Assembly: GCA_023231475.1 (NCBI GenBank) | Contig: JALJEE010002327.1 | Coordinates: 1-55,119, forward strand | DNA: 55,119 bases | Origin: Seison nebaliae | Taxonomy: Eukaryota | Direction: 5' to 3' | Part shown: one piece after another, positions 13,891 to 27,057 of the stretch | Layout of the letters: each line of letters begins with the position of its first letter | Position numbering within the stretch: position 1 is the stretch's first letter | Program-made: the position numbers and the translations under genes | The notes under the pieces: model-generated | Seen by the model: only the letters and a program-made list of their open reading frames with translations | Databases searched by the model: none | Told to the model about the DNA's origin: nothing

Positions 13891-14420
13891 GAATCATGAT
13901 AAGTATAAATTTAAATTGAGGTTTTAATATAATCATTTTCCAGAACACTTACATAGGACGGTCTTTGGCGGGTCAAAAGATTATAGACATGAATAAGTTC
14001 TTTCACATTAAAAGGAACTGTGGTTAATTGATTGATTGACAATATGTGTTAATTCTTCATTTTCCTGTTTCTTCTTATATCTATTAACAACTATTTCGCT
14101 CTCAATTGCTACATCTATTACATTAGAAGAGAAAACGCGGTAGAACTGATAACTTTTTGTCAATCTTTTTTGTGATACTTCAATGAGAAGGTATTCAATC
14201 GAATGGTGGTTTGAGAGTATAGTTCGCAAGAGTTGAAAGGATTAGAAGACACGACTTATATATTTACTAGGTAAAGAATTTTTAACTAATTGATTAATTC
14301 GAAAATCAGGATAAACTACAATCATTTTAAAACGAAGGTTCGAGTTTAATGTTCTTTTATAAGAAAGTTGCAATCACAGTCAAAATATTTCATTAAGAAT
14401 GTTCTTCTCATGCATGAGAA

Positions 14421-14658
14421 TATTATACTCGTAGAAATAAATTTACCTTTTTATTTCAAATTTTTGAGTTCGCATTGTGGAAAATGACTTGATTGATCGC
14501 TATCCGTATCTTTCTTTATATAAGAAAAGGAAATTCCTTATCTAATTCTTTCTCTTTCGGTCAATAGAACAAACTCAAGAAGTATGTATAAAAAAGAGTG
14601 CCGTTTTGTCCAATTTCTAATTTTTTAGAAAAAAATATAAAAGGGTGCCGTTTTACCC
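14421..14658 (-). repeat. Right TIR of the MULE
   Basis: Reverse complement starts GGGTAAAACGGCACCCTTTTATATTTTTTTCTAAAAAAT. Confidence 0.9.
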
Positions 14659-15272
14659 GATATGAAATAGTGTAAAATTAATTAATGAATTAATGACGGT
14701 TTCCCTAAATTAACAAAGTCAGTTTCAAAATAAGTCATTTTTTTACGATCACCTCTCAGTAACGCTCGAACACGATTTGCTTCTTCAACTAATTATACGA
14801 TTTTTGTTTGGAAAATTCTATCGATCGAAATAAACTTCTATCGAAAATTCTAAATGCTTTATAATTCAAATTAAATGATTTGTTAAATAATAATATTTCG
14901 AGTAAAAATTACGGAAAGTTCCGTTTTTTCTGAGAATTCTTAGGTGTTACCTTGATAACATAATTATGGTAGGAAATTTCTATATTAAATTATAAGTTGT
15001 AATTAATGTACAAGTATAATGTCATATGACATATAACAATCATACAAGTATCAGTATACAAGATCATATTATTGATAATATAATGTTACCGATCATATAT
15101 TAATAATCTACAAATTACAAGGAATTGTTAAATATTTTACAACTCTTAATTTTAAATTTTTAAAAGATTGCCCAATTAAACCATAAACAATTTATTAACA
15201 TTTTAAGGATCATTTAAAAGAGTGTGAAGTTTTTAAAAGATATTCATCGTTGAAACAAACAAAGAAACAATG

Positions 15273-16892
15273 TTAACTTCTCTTTTTTGAAGATTGGAAG
15301 ATAATGTTTTCCAATTCCTTAACTTTATTCTCATGAAATTGCGTTGACGATAAAGTGATGAAGGTTATTTGTTCATAACGATATGCCTTTAAAATTGTTT
15401 GTATATTGTCAACCACCGATACAATGTCATTGACAATATGAAACCAATATTTCTTATCTAACGATCTCACAAGAGCAATTCCATACGATTCCGTCCTGCA
15501 ATCTTCCATTCTAAATCGATCAGTCTTCATATAAGATCGACAAATCGAATCAACATTATCCGTAATTAATGGTTCCATTGCTCTCCAATCCTTCCAAGCT
15601 TGTGGACCACTTAAGAGAGTATTTGCATGTTCCTTTATCAAATCATGATAATGTTCCACACATATTCTCCTCGACATTTCATGGAATACGGTTAGATTCT
15701 TTTTTATTACTTTCGGCAATTCATCCATATAAGCATTCGTCATCGGTTCCGTCACAATGAAGACGAATGATGTAATATCATATTTCTCCTTATTATCTCC
15801 CCCAGATATTTTTTCGAATATCGACAAATCCGTCAACGGACGAGAATAATCGTACGATGGTTTCACCAACGTAGTTGGAATTAAAGTTTCTTTTAAAGTC
15901 TTTTCCTTCGTTTCCAACGATCCCTTACCATTGATGATGCGGAAGATTTCTGTATAATAAGAAATGTGAATACAACGTCGATAACCACGGAAGAATTTAT
16001 TACTGTTGAATAAGGTGAACGTTAATATAATGAATTTAGGTTGACCAATTTTCAAACTATCAGACAGAAATTGATTGCTTTCATTATCTAAATATTCGTC
16101 CAAATCATTTGGATGAATTATTTTGTTTTTGGGTGAACATAGAGGAATGTCCTGATCCTCCACCATCATATCGATGAGCCACATTCCCAATTCGGGAAAT
16201 GTAAATATATTAATATCCAGATCATTTCTCGGTAACGACTCCCCATATTTAATATCAAATAAATTACCTATTTCTGATTCTTTGAAATCGTTGACTGGTG
16301 TATCGGAGAAGAGATTATTAATCAACATTAAATAATCCTTATAATTATATTTTATTGCTGCCATATATTGACTAGGTTTCAAAGGAACTTTCACTGCTTT
16401 CCCTCCTCCATCAATACTTAATCGTTTGAGAGTGTTACGAATCAATTTACTCCGACCAGAAGTAGTCGAATTTTCAATCGTTAAATAAACGAAATATTCC
16501 AAATAATTACTTCGATGCAATCGATGTGAATGATTATAAGCTGCGAATAATTGCATAGCTAAATATCGTCCTGGTAAATCATATCGATCGGTGACGATAT
16601 TACTATAAGTACTATAAACATTATTCATAATATCATGCCAATTATCATTCATATAATTCTTATGTACTTCCAACATGAAATAAGGTGCCGATTGTAAGGT
16701 GGCTAATATTGCTATGAGGAAAGAACAACCGATAGTATTTTTGGGGAGTTTTGGAAAAATACCTGATTCCATTTTCACATTTTTACCAATTCCCACGCCT
16801 AATTTCGCCTGATATTCTTTATAAGGAAATCTCAGTGCATATAAAGCATATGTCTTATAACATTGTGTTTTATCAAATGAAAAACATTTCAT
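15273..16892 (-). CDS. Intronless ~539-aa protein with remote USP (C19 peptidase) fold motifs; catalytic residues appear lost
   Basis: Cys-box-like KNTIGCSFLIAILATLQSAPYF, PKFIILTFTLF, KYDITSFV and His-box-like SYGIALVRSLDKKYWFHIVNDIVSVV occur in USP order. First ATG is at 16892. Confidence 0.5.
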   Translation of the reverse strand: MKCFSFDKTQCYKTYALYALRFPYKEYQAKLGVGIGKNVKMESGIFPKLPKNTIGCSFLIAILATLQSAPYFMLEVHKNYMNDNWHDIMNNVYSTYSNIVTDRYDLPGRYLAMQLFAAYNHSHRLHRSNYLEYFVYLTIENSTTSGRSKLIRNTLKRLSIDGGGKAVKVPLKPSQYMAAIKYNYKDYLMLINNLFSDTPVNDFKESEIGNLFDIKYGESLPRNDLDINIFTFPELGMWLIDMMVEDQDIPLCSPKNKIIHPNDLDEYLDNESNQFLSDSLKIGQPKFIILTFTLFNSNKFFRGYRRCIHISYYTEIFRIINGKGSLETKEKTLKETLIPTTLVKPSYDYSRPLTDLSIFEKISGGDNKEKYDITSFVFIVTEPMTNAYMDELPKVIKKNLTVFHEMSRRICVEHYHDLIKEHANTLLSGPQAWKDWRAMEPLITDNVDSICRSYMKTDRFRMEDCRTESYGIALVRSLDKKYWFHIVNDIVSVVDNIQTILKAYRYEQITFITLSSTQFHENKVKELENIIFQSSKKRS

Positions 16893-17218
16893 CACAGAAG
16901 ACAAGTTAAAAACAAGACGGAAAAATTAAAATGGAAATTTAGACAATTTTTATTTCGAACCGAACAACATTAGTTTCGTTTTACACCATGACAATTTCCA
17001 TGAAAAGTTGAAGAATTTTTAAAAATATTTCAAATTCATTTTTAAATTTTTTTAATTTTTTTTTATTGAGAATCATATTTATTTTTGAATGATAAATTTC
17101 AATGGAAAATATAAAATAGAAATTGAATAATAATAAACTTTAAAATAAACTTTATGAAACATTTACAGAGGAATAAGATGAAATTTTGCTAAACATTTAT
17201 TATTGTTGTTGTATGTGA

Positions 17219-20200
17219 TTAAGAGACGAAATGTCCCATGTTCAAATCGATTGTGTCGAATTTGCGCGAATTATCTTTCTCATAATCATCCATACTAAAA
17301 TCGATGAAGACCTTTATGTCTTTCGCAGATAATTTTTGATTCGATGAATTCGTTTCATCGATAGGAACAGGTTCATTTTGTTTCTCTTCGAAAACTATCC
17401 AAATTGTCGTTTCGTCTTTCCCTTTCACTTCTTCGTCTCCTTTCCTGATTTTGGGGACGGTTGGTGCCAATTGATCAAAAAAATAAGAATTTTCATCTTC
17501 TAAAATTTCTGTCGTATATTCGGAGGAGCGTTCAGCTTCTTTAGCAATAGCAAATTTCCTATATAAAATTAATTATGAAAATAAATTCCAAAAATAGAAA
17601 CCAGTCGAATTTCTTTGAAAATTTCTTGTCGTATTTCCTTTCCATTCCTTCATTGATGATATGGCGAATATCCGAGTATTTCATAGAGTAAACATCGAAC
17701 GTCGTAATTCCCCAATCAAAACCTGAAAGAAAATTTTCATGAAAAAAAATCATAAAAATGGAAAAAAAACCGTTTTGGGACCATTTGGCCACCAGAATCA
17801 TTAGAGACAGTGATCGATAGATAAGATGTTCATCATAGCTGTCTTTAGACATAGCTAGAATTCGTGCTTTCTTACTCAACAGCGACATCCTAGAAGAGAA
17901 GTGAAAAAAATCATAAAATTTCCATAAAATTTCCATAAAATTTTCATGAAATTCATAAATTAATTTTTTTGAGGTTACACATGTCACCGTGAAAGTATAA
18001 TTGAAATTAAATGAAAATTATTTTTTCTCTTCAAATTAAATTTTAACATTTCTCTCTAATTATTAGAATTGGTTATTATGGAAGAAAAGAATTATTTCGC
18101 TTTAAAACTTCTCCACATTTGATTAGTGAAATAAGAAGAAGAAATATGAGAAATTTCAACCAATTGATCTTACAGTCAACACAACGATCTGTAATAATTT
18201 TCCTTCTTTTTTTCCTTAAAAAATTTTAAATTTTCGTTTTGTCATAAGAGAAAATGGATGGAAAGATGAAAATTATCAACAAACCGTGCGATCATATTTC
18301 CCAAAGTATTGAACGGTGCCGGATAATCGTTTTTAATGAGAACTTTACTTCTCGAATGTTTCTCCACCACCAATTTCGACGGTTTCAATAGAATTGGTTC
18401 GCCATCTACTTGCATAGGAATGTCTAACGCCGTTTCGATAACAAGTCGACTACATTGAGCAATTCGATCACCGTTTCCGCCAATTTTCAATTTGGCTAAT
18501 TGTGAAGTTGTCGCTCCAATCAACTCCAATTTACCGTCGGAGATCGATGGCGTTTCAAATTGATTCGACGTTCCCCATGGTGTCGCTCCACCAGCATATC
18601 TGAGAAAATTAAAATTTTTTGAAAAAATTTCAAAATTCAACCTTGGAATGTTCAATAGAATGAGACAATGATATTTTCCTTTTTTAATTTGATCAGTTTT
18701 GTCAATTCCGTCGATCTAACAATCATATAAGAATAGATGAATTAATCAATTGAATTAAACTTCGATATAAGTGATGAAATTGGTTAAACATTTCCATGTT
18801 TGTCGAACCATATCTTTAAAACCGGCCTAAACAATTAAATATAATAATTTATAATATTATATTAATTTAGAAATTATTAAAAATTTATTTAAACTTCGAA
18901 ATATTTCCAGAAATTATATCCGCGAGATTTATATCGTTGAGGATTGGCTCGACGTCCTTTATCGAAATCTAAAGCAATTGCAGCATCTGCTCCCATTGAG
19001 AAATAATTGTTGAAGACATTTAAAGGAAGATTTGTTTTCCCTTTTCCAGCGGCTTGTTCTAACATCACTCGAGTTCCTTCACTTGGTGGATCGGCTTCAA
19101 TTTGTTTATCTTCTTGAGATATATTTTGAGGGAAATTCACATCGAGAGTTGTTACATCAGTCATCGATCGAGTTTCAACTGATATCGACCATCGATCTAA
19201 TGACGCTTCATTACTACATGCTACATTATTGAGGACGGAATCCAAAGCTTCATCGTCATAAGTTCCACCCCAATTCAATGTCCGTGCCAAATCATTACCA
19301 GTTCCTAATGGCAAGATAGCGACAGGTGGTTGTGGTTGAATGTTGAATTCATCGATTTTTGAGAAAACCCAACCAGCTGTACCATCTCCGCCACAAACGA
19401 GAATTCGAGAATTGGTCAAACAACGATAAAGATTGAGAGCGAATTCTGGTGGATAATCAGTTAAATTGAAGACTTGTCTCGGATTGACGAGATTGTTGAA
19501 TCGTTGAATAATTTTCTTTCCTAAATTTCCTCCACTTTTTGGATTTACAAAAATGATTAATGGACAAGTGACAATAGATGAATCGGTGAGTAATGGTAAA
19601 ATATCGAAGGCATATGTGGAATTAGGAGAATGAGTCGGTTCGAATGAATCTTTCGATAATTTCAAATCAGTCAATACTCTTTTCTCATCGATCGATTTCA
19701 TTGAACGTTGTTGAATGGCAAAATCATTAACACTTTCAATTGATCGTCTTCTCTTACTAATCGCCTCATTATTTGATGATAAAATTTTTGATGATAATTT
19801 TATATCAATTGATGGTGTAGTGGGAGATTTTAGTGTTCGATTCTCGTTATTGTTGATGAGTTGTATGTCTTTCTTCTTCCAATAATCCATTCCTTTCTCT
19901 TTCAAATATCCGATAATATCAGTAAATTTATTATCATCATGAACGGTCGATGATCGATTGACTTTCATGTTAACGTTGGGTGTCGATGATGTGGTGGTAT
20001 TAATGGTGGTGTTTGTTATTTTCGAATTTTGAGTGCTGGGAAATCGATCAAGTATTCTCGCTCTCATCGTCGACGAACGAATTGTTGATCGAATTTTCGG
20101 AAGTTTTTTTGGTGCTATTGTTCGTTTAACGATCCATGATGGTGGTATAGTCACACGATCTAATGACGGGAGAGCTAAACAAATCTTCTCATCGAACGTA

Positions 20201-21709
20201 CTCAAATGAACATTAGGATAAGAGGCAGTGGCTGAGAGTTGATTCTGTTCATTTATCCGACTCGTCGTATTCATTTTTCCTTTCAAAAATTTTATATATT
20301 TCGGATGATTTTTATTTTTTGGCGTCGCCAAATCATAAGGAGATGGAGTGAATGATGTCGGTCCATCTCGAATTTGATCGATTCCCAACGGTGTTCTCAA
20401 CGTTTCATTCAATGTCGTATTTAATGATGATCGTCTTTTATTACTATAAGCTTTCAATGTATTTTCAAAATTTTCAGATGCTTTCTGCAAATCCAATTTC
20501 TTTCTCGTTTCATTGAAACATTTACCTTCGTGATAAACTCTTTGACACCATGTACACACCCACGCCTTCGAATTGATCAACTGGAAAATTTACTAAAATT
20601 AATTTTTCCCCAAAAATCGTTAAAGAATCTTCTCTAAAAGATTTATCTTTTCCATATTTTAAATCATCACCAACATTAGATATGACTAATATATAAATCT
20701 AATAAGTTTTCTAATGGAGAATGTTTGAGGAAGAGAAATAAATGGGAAAGTTCTCTAGCGACTTCTATAAAAGATTTCTTGAGAAATTTTGGATTTTTTT
20801 CTAATTTTTAAAAAACAAAACTATAAAATAATGAAAAAAAAAAAGAATGTTTCATTCAACTTACACATCATTTCCCATCGTGAAATTATAATTTTAAAAA
20901 AAAAATCGACTTAAATGATAAAATATTTTTATTAAATTGAAAAAAGAGGAAGATAAAGACGGAAATAAAGGGAACCTTAAAACAAGCATAACACTTCAGA
21001 TTACGTGGATGTCGAACTCCCCAACAATGATGCGTTCTCTTGGAGATTAAGAAAATTTAATTTAAATTAATATGTAAAATAAAAATTAACATAATTTTCA
21101 CGTCGTTGATGATTTTCGATGAAGGTTTCTTTGCATTCGTACTGTTATTCAACGAGATAATGAAGAAAAATTGGAAAATAATTAGAAAACGAACTTTCTT
21201 CTCGTATTGTTTAATGCATGCAATGTGCACAATAGTTAAACATATTTGACATTCAACTTTTAACATCGATTTTGATATGGAATTTCTGGAAATGGATTTG
21301 GAAGTACGTGGTTCACTGAAACCGTTCGCACATTCACCAGACGAACGGTTTCGATGAAAATTCACTTTCTTCCTGAAGTAGAGTGGACGACAAGCGGACA
21401 GACAACAATGATCACAAAAGCTTTCTTTCTCTTTCCGTTCGACATACAAACATTCGCAATCGTTATCTTTCTTGGATGTTAACTCGTCAATTTCACATAG
21501 TCCATCAACATCTCCTGCACAACAATTCTTCATAGAAGTGGTTGGCAACCAAATGTGTTGACGAGGCGTTGCCGTTACCTTAATGGAAATTAAAGGAGAC
21601 GATATGATAATAATTACGAATGATTACTAACCGTCCAATCGACAATTCGTCTTAATGATGATAAATCGTCATCAATTCGCTTCTTCCTTTTTAATCGTTT
21701 TCCGATCAT
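17219..21709 (-). CDS. DGK: Diacylglycerol kinase, type IV (zeta/iota/rdgA-like), at least 11 exons, ~1098 aa
   Basis: Two C1 domains (VDWT..HIW..; HHCW..CYAC..CTWCQRVYH), PLIIFVNPKSGGN, CGGDGT, LPLGTGNDLAR, FNNYFSMGADA and IPMQVDGEP. Introns: 21579-21631, 21142-21194, 21039-21090, 20581-20975, 18827-18894, 18716-18760, 18600-18641, 17890-18284, 17723-17770, 17559-17601. The 5' end is uncertain. Confidence 0.92.
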
Positions 21710-22938
21710 TCTTCTACTCGTTCGTGTTGGCGTGAAAGGAATGGAAGTTGAATATTTAGAAGTTGAATGGAAAAATTGTTCAGTTTAATTTTTCAAGGAT
21801 AAACCCGTTATTCCTGGACAAATGATTATTTTAGTCATTTGTCAATGATTCTATCAGTACACCAGAACAACAACATTTTATTTATTCCACACATAAACAA
21901 TGACATGAATGGATGGTGAATGGAATGAGAAGAGAAGGAATAAGTAGATAAATGATGATGTAATTGTTAATCAGTAAACTTCAGGAAAATTATAATGAGA
22001 AGAAATGTTGGAAATGAAGAAAAGAAAAAACGGAATTATTTTTTCGTGGCTCAATAGAAGAAAAAGTAGACGAAATTGAATAAAATAAAGAATGAAAGAA
22101 AATGATAATTAATCATTATTCCATCAGAATGATGTAATATATTAATATTTTCATATTACAATACTTTCCGATGACATTCCGAGAGGTATCATAATAAAAT
22201 AATCATCATCATCCTCGTCATCGTCCTCTTGTCATTATTAATTATTCAATATTCCCGTTTACTTTAATGTTTACTCTTCCAAATGTTGATGAATGGATGA
22301 GAAGGATGAGAAAATCGACGAGAAGGAAAATGAGTGAAATTTTAATTTGAAATTTTTTCGATGAAAATTTATTAAATAAATTTTATTTTTCCCATTTTTC
22401 AATCAAATTTATTATTCTCAATTTCAATCAATTTTATTATTGTTCACCAAGAATTGAAATGGTGATACATTGGGAGGAAATGTATGTTAATGTCGAATGA
22501 ATAGGAAACTCATTAATTTTAATTATTTTTCTCACAGAATGGGATTTTCGTGAGAAATTTAAAATTCTCTCATCACCTTAATTGGTATTGAATTAGAATG
22601 TCACTAATTTTAGTGGTCGCGGAGGAGTGTTCGACCAATCAACATTTTCTTTGGTCACAAAAATGAAATGTCGAGGAGAGAGAGAGGAGATGGATTTGGG
22701 GAGTGAGATACATAAATTAAACGTGTTAGTCATATTCATATGATAATTTCTTTCACATTCAAAATAGTTTTGCTCCCGTTCCATTTTTAACGAATAATTT
22801 TTCTAATGTTCTCGTACTGATTTCGTATTGAGACATATCCAGTTATGGATAATGAATAAACAAAATAATCATTTTCTTACATATCTTTCAAGTTACATAA
22901 GCTTCAATACGTGTATTTCTTATGTTTATTCATCCTTC

Positions 22939-23361
22939 ATACACACACAAACACACAAACACACACACACAGACGCACACGGAGGTTGAAGGAAATGAAC
23001 AAATTGGGCAATCTCTGTGTGGACTGGAGAAATACAGGAAAATAATTTTTGTTTAAGGAAGTCAGGATAATATTGATTAATATCGATTAAAGTATTAGAC
23101 ATATGTATACAGAAAACATACATGGACATAAACGTACTTCGTTTCTGGGCGAGGAGTAGCTTTAATAGTTTTCACAATTTGATTTTATTAAGAATGATTA
23201 TGATGAACGAATGAAATGAAACACATGATTTACTATGTTCTATTCAGCTCCCTCACACACACATGCACACAAACGCACATTCGGTGAGTGACTGTTCACA
23301 ATTTTTCGTGTTGATATGTGGTTGTATGTGTGTATGAGTGTGTATGTGTATGTATGTGTGC
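22939..23361. repeat. Cluster of imperfect CA/TG microsatellites
   Basis: CA tracts near 22939-22980 and 23253-23280; TG/TATG tract near 23322-23361. Confidence 0.8.
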
Positions 23362-24773
23362 ACGTAAAAATAACTGTTTAAAATATCAATAGCTTAAACA
23401 ATGAGACAATATCCTTTTTATCATATCATTTCTCTGATAACCTACTCTCGTCAACCATCCAATAACTCATTGAGTGACATTGGAGATTAAGTAAATGGAG
23501 CGATATGTAATTGAATCATGGAAAGTCGAATTGAACTTTCCATTTCCGCCAATTGTTTGCCCATTCGTCCACACAGTCATGTTGTTGTTGGGAATTCGAA
23601 GGGACGGGTCAGATAAAATTTATTAAAATTCTCCAAATGACATATCGCGACTGTTCTACCCATTTGATCTTTTCTATCTCCCATAAATTTTATTAGTTAA
23701 TGTAAAAAGAAGAAGGAAGAAAATCTTATCTCATTAGCTAATATGCAGAATCGATCATGCATTTTATTCATAAAATAATGGTGATACATGTTCATCGGTT
23801 TCATATTCCGCAAAGACACAAGATCTACACAATTGGAGAAGAGGCATCGATCTACACATTGTTAGATCTGTACCTTTTTCTTCCTTTTCTTCTTCTTCTT
23901 CTCTCACCATTCGTCGTCCTATTTATACAGTTACTTATAGGAAGTAATGCGGCGTAAAAGTGTATTATGTTGTTGGTGCATAGGACATTCGTCCAAACCA
24001 ATAGTAACAGTAGTGGTAATTCAGAGGAATATAATAGGGAATAATGATCGCTTTCAATTGGAAGAAGAATAATAGCAATGAACTGAGATAAGCTTCCTTC
24101 TTCCCTCCTGGATTTGGCATGATTCCGACAGACAAACAATTATTATACTGAAAATGAATTATTAATTAATTCTTTCTTTCTTTCTCCACCAATTCTAATT
24201 GATTCCTTTATTTATTCTCCTCCTTCTTTCTCGATGTTATATAATAAATATTTCCATGAAATATTTTTCTTGTCGTACTTCCGTTCTATTCTATTTACAT
24301 TTCTTCTCCTACAACTTATCGATATCGGGTTTGTAGGAAATTGAGTCAGATGGAAGATGTTCCACCTCTCGATCCGTTTCGAATGGAAAGGTAAATTTAT
24401 TCTTTTCCTAAAAATAACGTAGATGAACGGGTGGGCAGAATGTGTTGATAGTGGGCGGTGAGAGGTGTATTGTGTGAGTGTGTTATTTATCCGTAACAAT
24501 TCCGAATAATTTCCCCAATTCCCCCTTCTCTCCCGTGATATTGTTCGTGATATCATTTGAGAGAATTCTCCTAACAAATAACTATTTCTTTTCCTCTTTT
24601 CTCTTTTGTTCACAATTATCATTTGATAATTAATTGATAATATGATGGATAGACATCAAATCGAATGGAATGAATTGGAATAAATAATAAGCGTCTGTCT
24701 CTATAGACACGAACATCCTCGAAAGGAATGTTAATGTATTGAAACAGATCATTATCAATTTACATTACGGCAA

Positions 24774-25589
24774 ATGTTACGTCTATCCATCAAATGTTTA
24801 TCTAAAACAACACGTAACTCTTCCAAACAATGGAAGAAACGACAAATGAATGATATCTACGTTCGTATGTCTCAAGTCGATAATTATCGTTCAAGAGCTG
24901 CTTATAAGTTATTGATGTTACAAGACAAATATAAGTTTATTCATTCAAATCAAATCATTTTGGATGTGGGAGCCGCACCAGGTGCTTGGAGTCAGATAGC
25001 TCTTCAATCATCCTCCCCTCATGGAATAGTTGTTAGTGTCGATCGTCTAAATATGAAAGAGATTACTTCACTCAATGATCATCAAGACAATAGACTTGAA
25101 TACAGACTCAATGAGAAGAAATCTTTATTCTCTAAAAATTCCACAATATCCACTATCAGCAAACTCGCCGATCTCTCCAATAAACGTCACGTTCCCATTG
25201 GCAATTGTGACATCAGAAAATCGGAGAACATTCAATTAATCTCCTCAGTAATTGAAACGATTAATCGACAACTTTTCAATTCAGACAACATTTCAGTCGA
25301 TGTCATATTATCCGATATTTGCGAGAATATTACCGGACATAACGATATCGATTATGAGAATAATTTTCAACTACAATTGTCCGTCTGGAATTTCGGACGA
25401 CGTTGGTTGAAAAAGAACGGATCCATGCTGCTTAAGTTACGTCATGGACCTCAATTACAGGGAGATATCAACAGACATTTTAAGAATCATTTTACGAAAA
25501 TCGATTTAAGTAAACCCGTTGCTAGTCGTGAGTCATCGAAGGAAATTTATTTATTATGTAAAAATTATTTAAAAAAAGAATCTTTGTAA
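24774..25589 (+). CDS. MRM2: Mitochondrial rRNA 2'-O-methyltransferase 2 (FtsJ/RlmE family), intronless, 271 aa
   Basis: Basic presequence-like N-terminus, WKKRQMNDIYV..YRSRAAYKL, LDVGAAPGAWSQ, VILSD and KPVASRESSKEIY (K-D-K-E tetrad). Confidence 0.9.
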   Translation: MLRLSIKCLSKTTRNSSKQWKKRQMNDIYVRMSQVDNYRSRAAYKLLMLQDKYKFIHSNQIILDVGAAPGAWSQIALQSSSPHGIVVSVDRLNMKEITSLNDHQDNRLEYRLNEKKSLFSKNSTISTISKLADLSNKRHVPIGNCDIRKSENIQLISSVIETINRQLFNSDNISVDVILSDICENITGHNDIDYENNFQLQLSVWNFGRRWLKKNGSMLLKLRHGPQLQGDINRHFKNHFTKIDLSKPVASRESSKEIYLLCKNYLKKESL

Positions 25590-25840
25590 ATTTCTTATAA
25601 AATATCTCTCTTATCATAATCGTGATTGTTCTAACCTGTAAAAATTATATTTCTAAATTTTTTTAAAAAAATATTTCTAAAATTATTTTTATAATTTTTT
25701 TTAAAATTAAAAAAAAATTTGTTTTAGATTTCTCCTTCAAAATGTTAAATTCATTCAATGATTTTATTCAATTCCATTAGATGATGTGAGAATTATTTAG
25801 TGCAGAGTGAAATTATTATTTTTTCGATTATTCCTCGAGA

Positions 25841-26594
25841 ATGGAACAACATTTCCCTATAAAACTTGTTGCCGTTGGCGATGGTACAGTTGGGAAGACA
25901 TGTATGTTAATCAGTTACACAACAAATACATTTCCTGAAGAATATGTACCGACAGTGTTAGACATTGTTCAATTGATTTGTGCAATCTTCTCTTTTTCAG
26001 TTTCGACAATTACAACGCACATCTACTCGTTGATGGTTCTACCGTCTCACTCGGTTTATGGGACACGGCCGGTCAAGAAGATTACGATCGATTACGTCCA
26101 CTCTCCTATCCCCAAACTGATATATTTCTCATGTTTATTTTTTGATTGAAATTTCAATTATTTCATTGTTCTTTTCCAGGTGTTTCTCCGTTGTTTCACC
26201 ATCATCATTCAATAATATTAATGCGAAATGGCTTCCCGAACTGAAGCATTATTGTCCGAGAACTCCATATATTTTAGTTGGAACAAAAATCGATTTACGT
26301 GACGATAAAGATATCATCAAATCGTTAAATTCCCAAGGTTTATTCTCATTTTATATAACTTAAAATTTAAAATTAAAAAAATTTTTTTTGTTTTAATTAA
26401 TTTCAGATTTATTACCAGTTAGAAAGGAACAAGGAATCAAATTAGCTCAGAAGATTCGAGCATGCAAATATTGTGAGTGTTCAGCACTCACTCAAAATGG
26501 ATTGAAACAAGTATTCGATGAAGCTGTACGTGCCGTTCTCATGCCACGTTATTCGAAAAACGAACGTGTAACAGCTAAATGTAGCTTCCTATAG
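25841..26594 (+). CDS. Mtl: Rho-family GTPase, Mtl/MIG-2 type, 4 exons, 197 aa
   Basis: [60 protein letters not shown] and CAAX box CSFL. Introns 25957-26000, 26133-26179, 26338-26406. Confidence 0.9.
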
Positions 26595-27057
26595 TTTAAT
26601 AATTCGTTTAATTTGATATGTCAACACTCAACTCAACTCAATCTCATTTTTCCATTTATACCTCGATTACTATTTTTATTCATTCACTGACGTGAATAAT
26701 ATTAGAAATTCATGTACACACATTTTAGTTCCTTAAAATTTTTCCTTATTTCATCAATTCTATATTTTCCCAATTTCCATCTAATTGAATTGAACGTTTT
26801 AAAACGAAATTTCCAATCTCTTTTTCACAATTCTCTAATTTTCTTTAACTTTCTCGCAACTTCATCTCTATCTCCCTCATAGAATATATTCTCATTCTTC
26901 TAAAGAATAAAACGATCGAACTTTAATCTCTTACTGTTCGTTTAATGGAATTAATTAATTAATATTAATAAATGAATAATAAATGAATAAAAAGAAAATT
27001 TATTTCTGTGAAAAAAGAAATTTTATTACAAAAATGTTTCATACATTTTAATCGATT

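Larger units (their letters stand above)
12273..14658. mobile_element. Mutator-like (MULE) DNA transposon, ~2.4 kb, decayed, with long terminal inverted repeats
   Basis: TIRs at 12273-12509 and 14421-14658 (roughly 85-90% identical by eye) enclose a broken transposase. Confidence 0.9.

Noticed and set aside
12260..14670. Target-site duplication for the MULE
   Set aside because: The flanks CACCAATCTA and GATATGAAAT do not match
17890..20975. Two DGK introns both 395 nt long
   Set aside because: No sequence similarity seen between them; treated as coincidence
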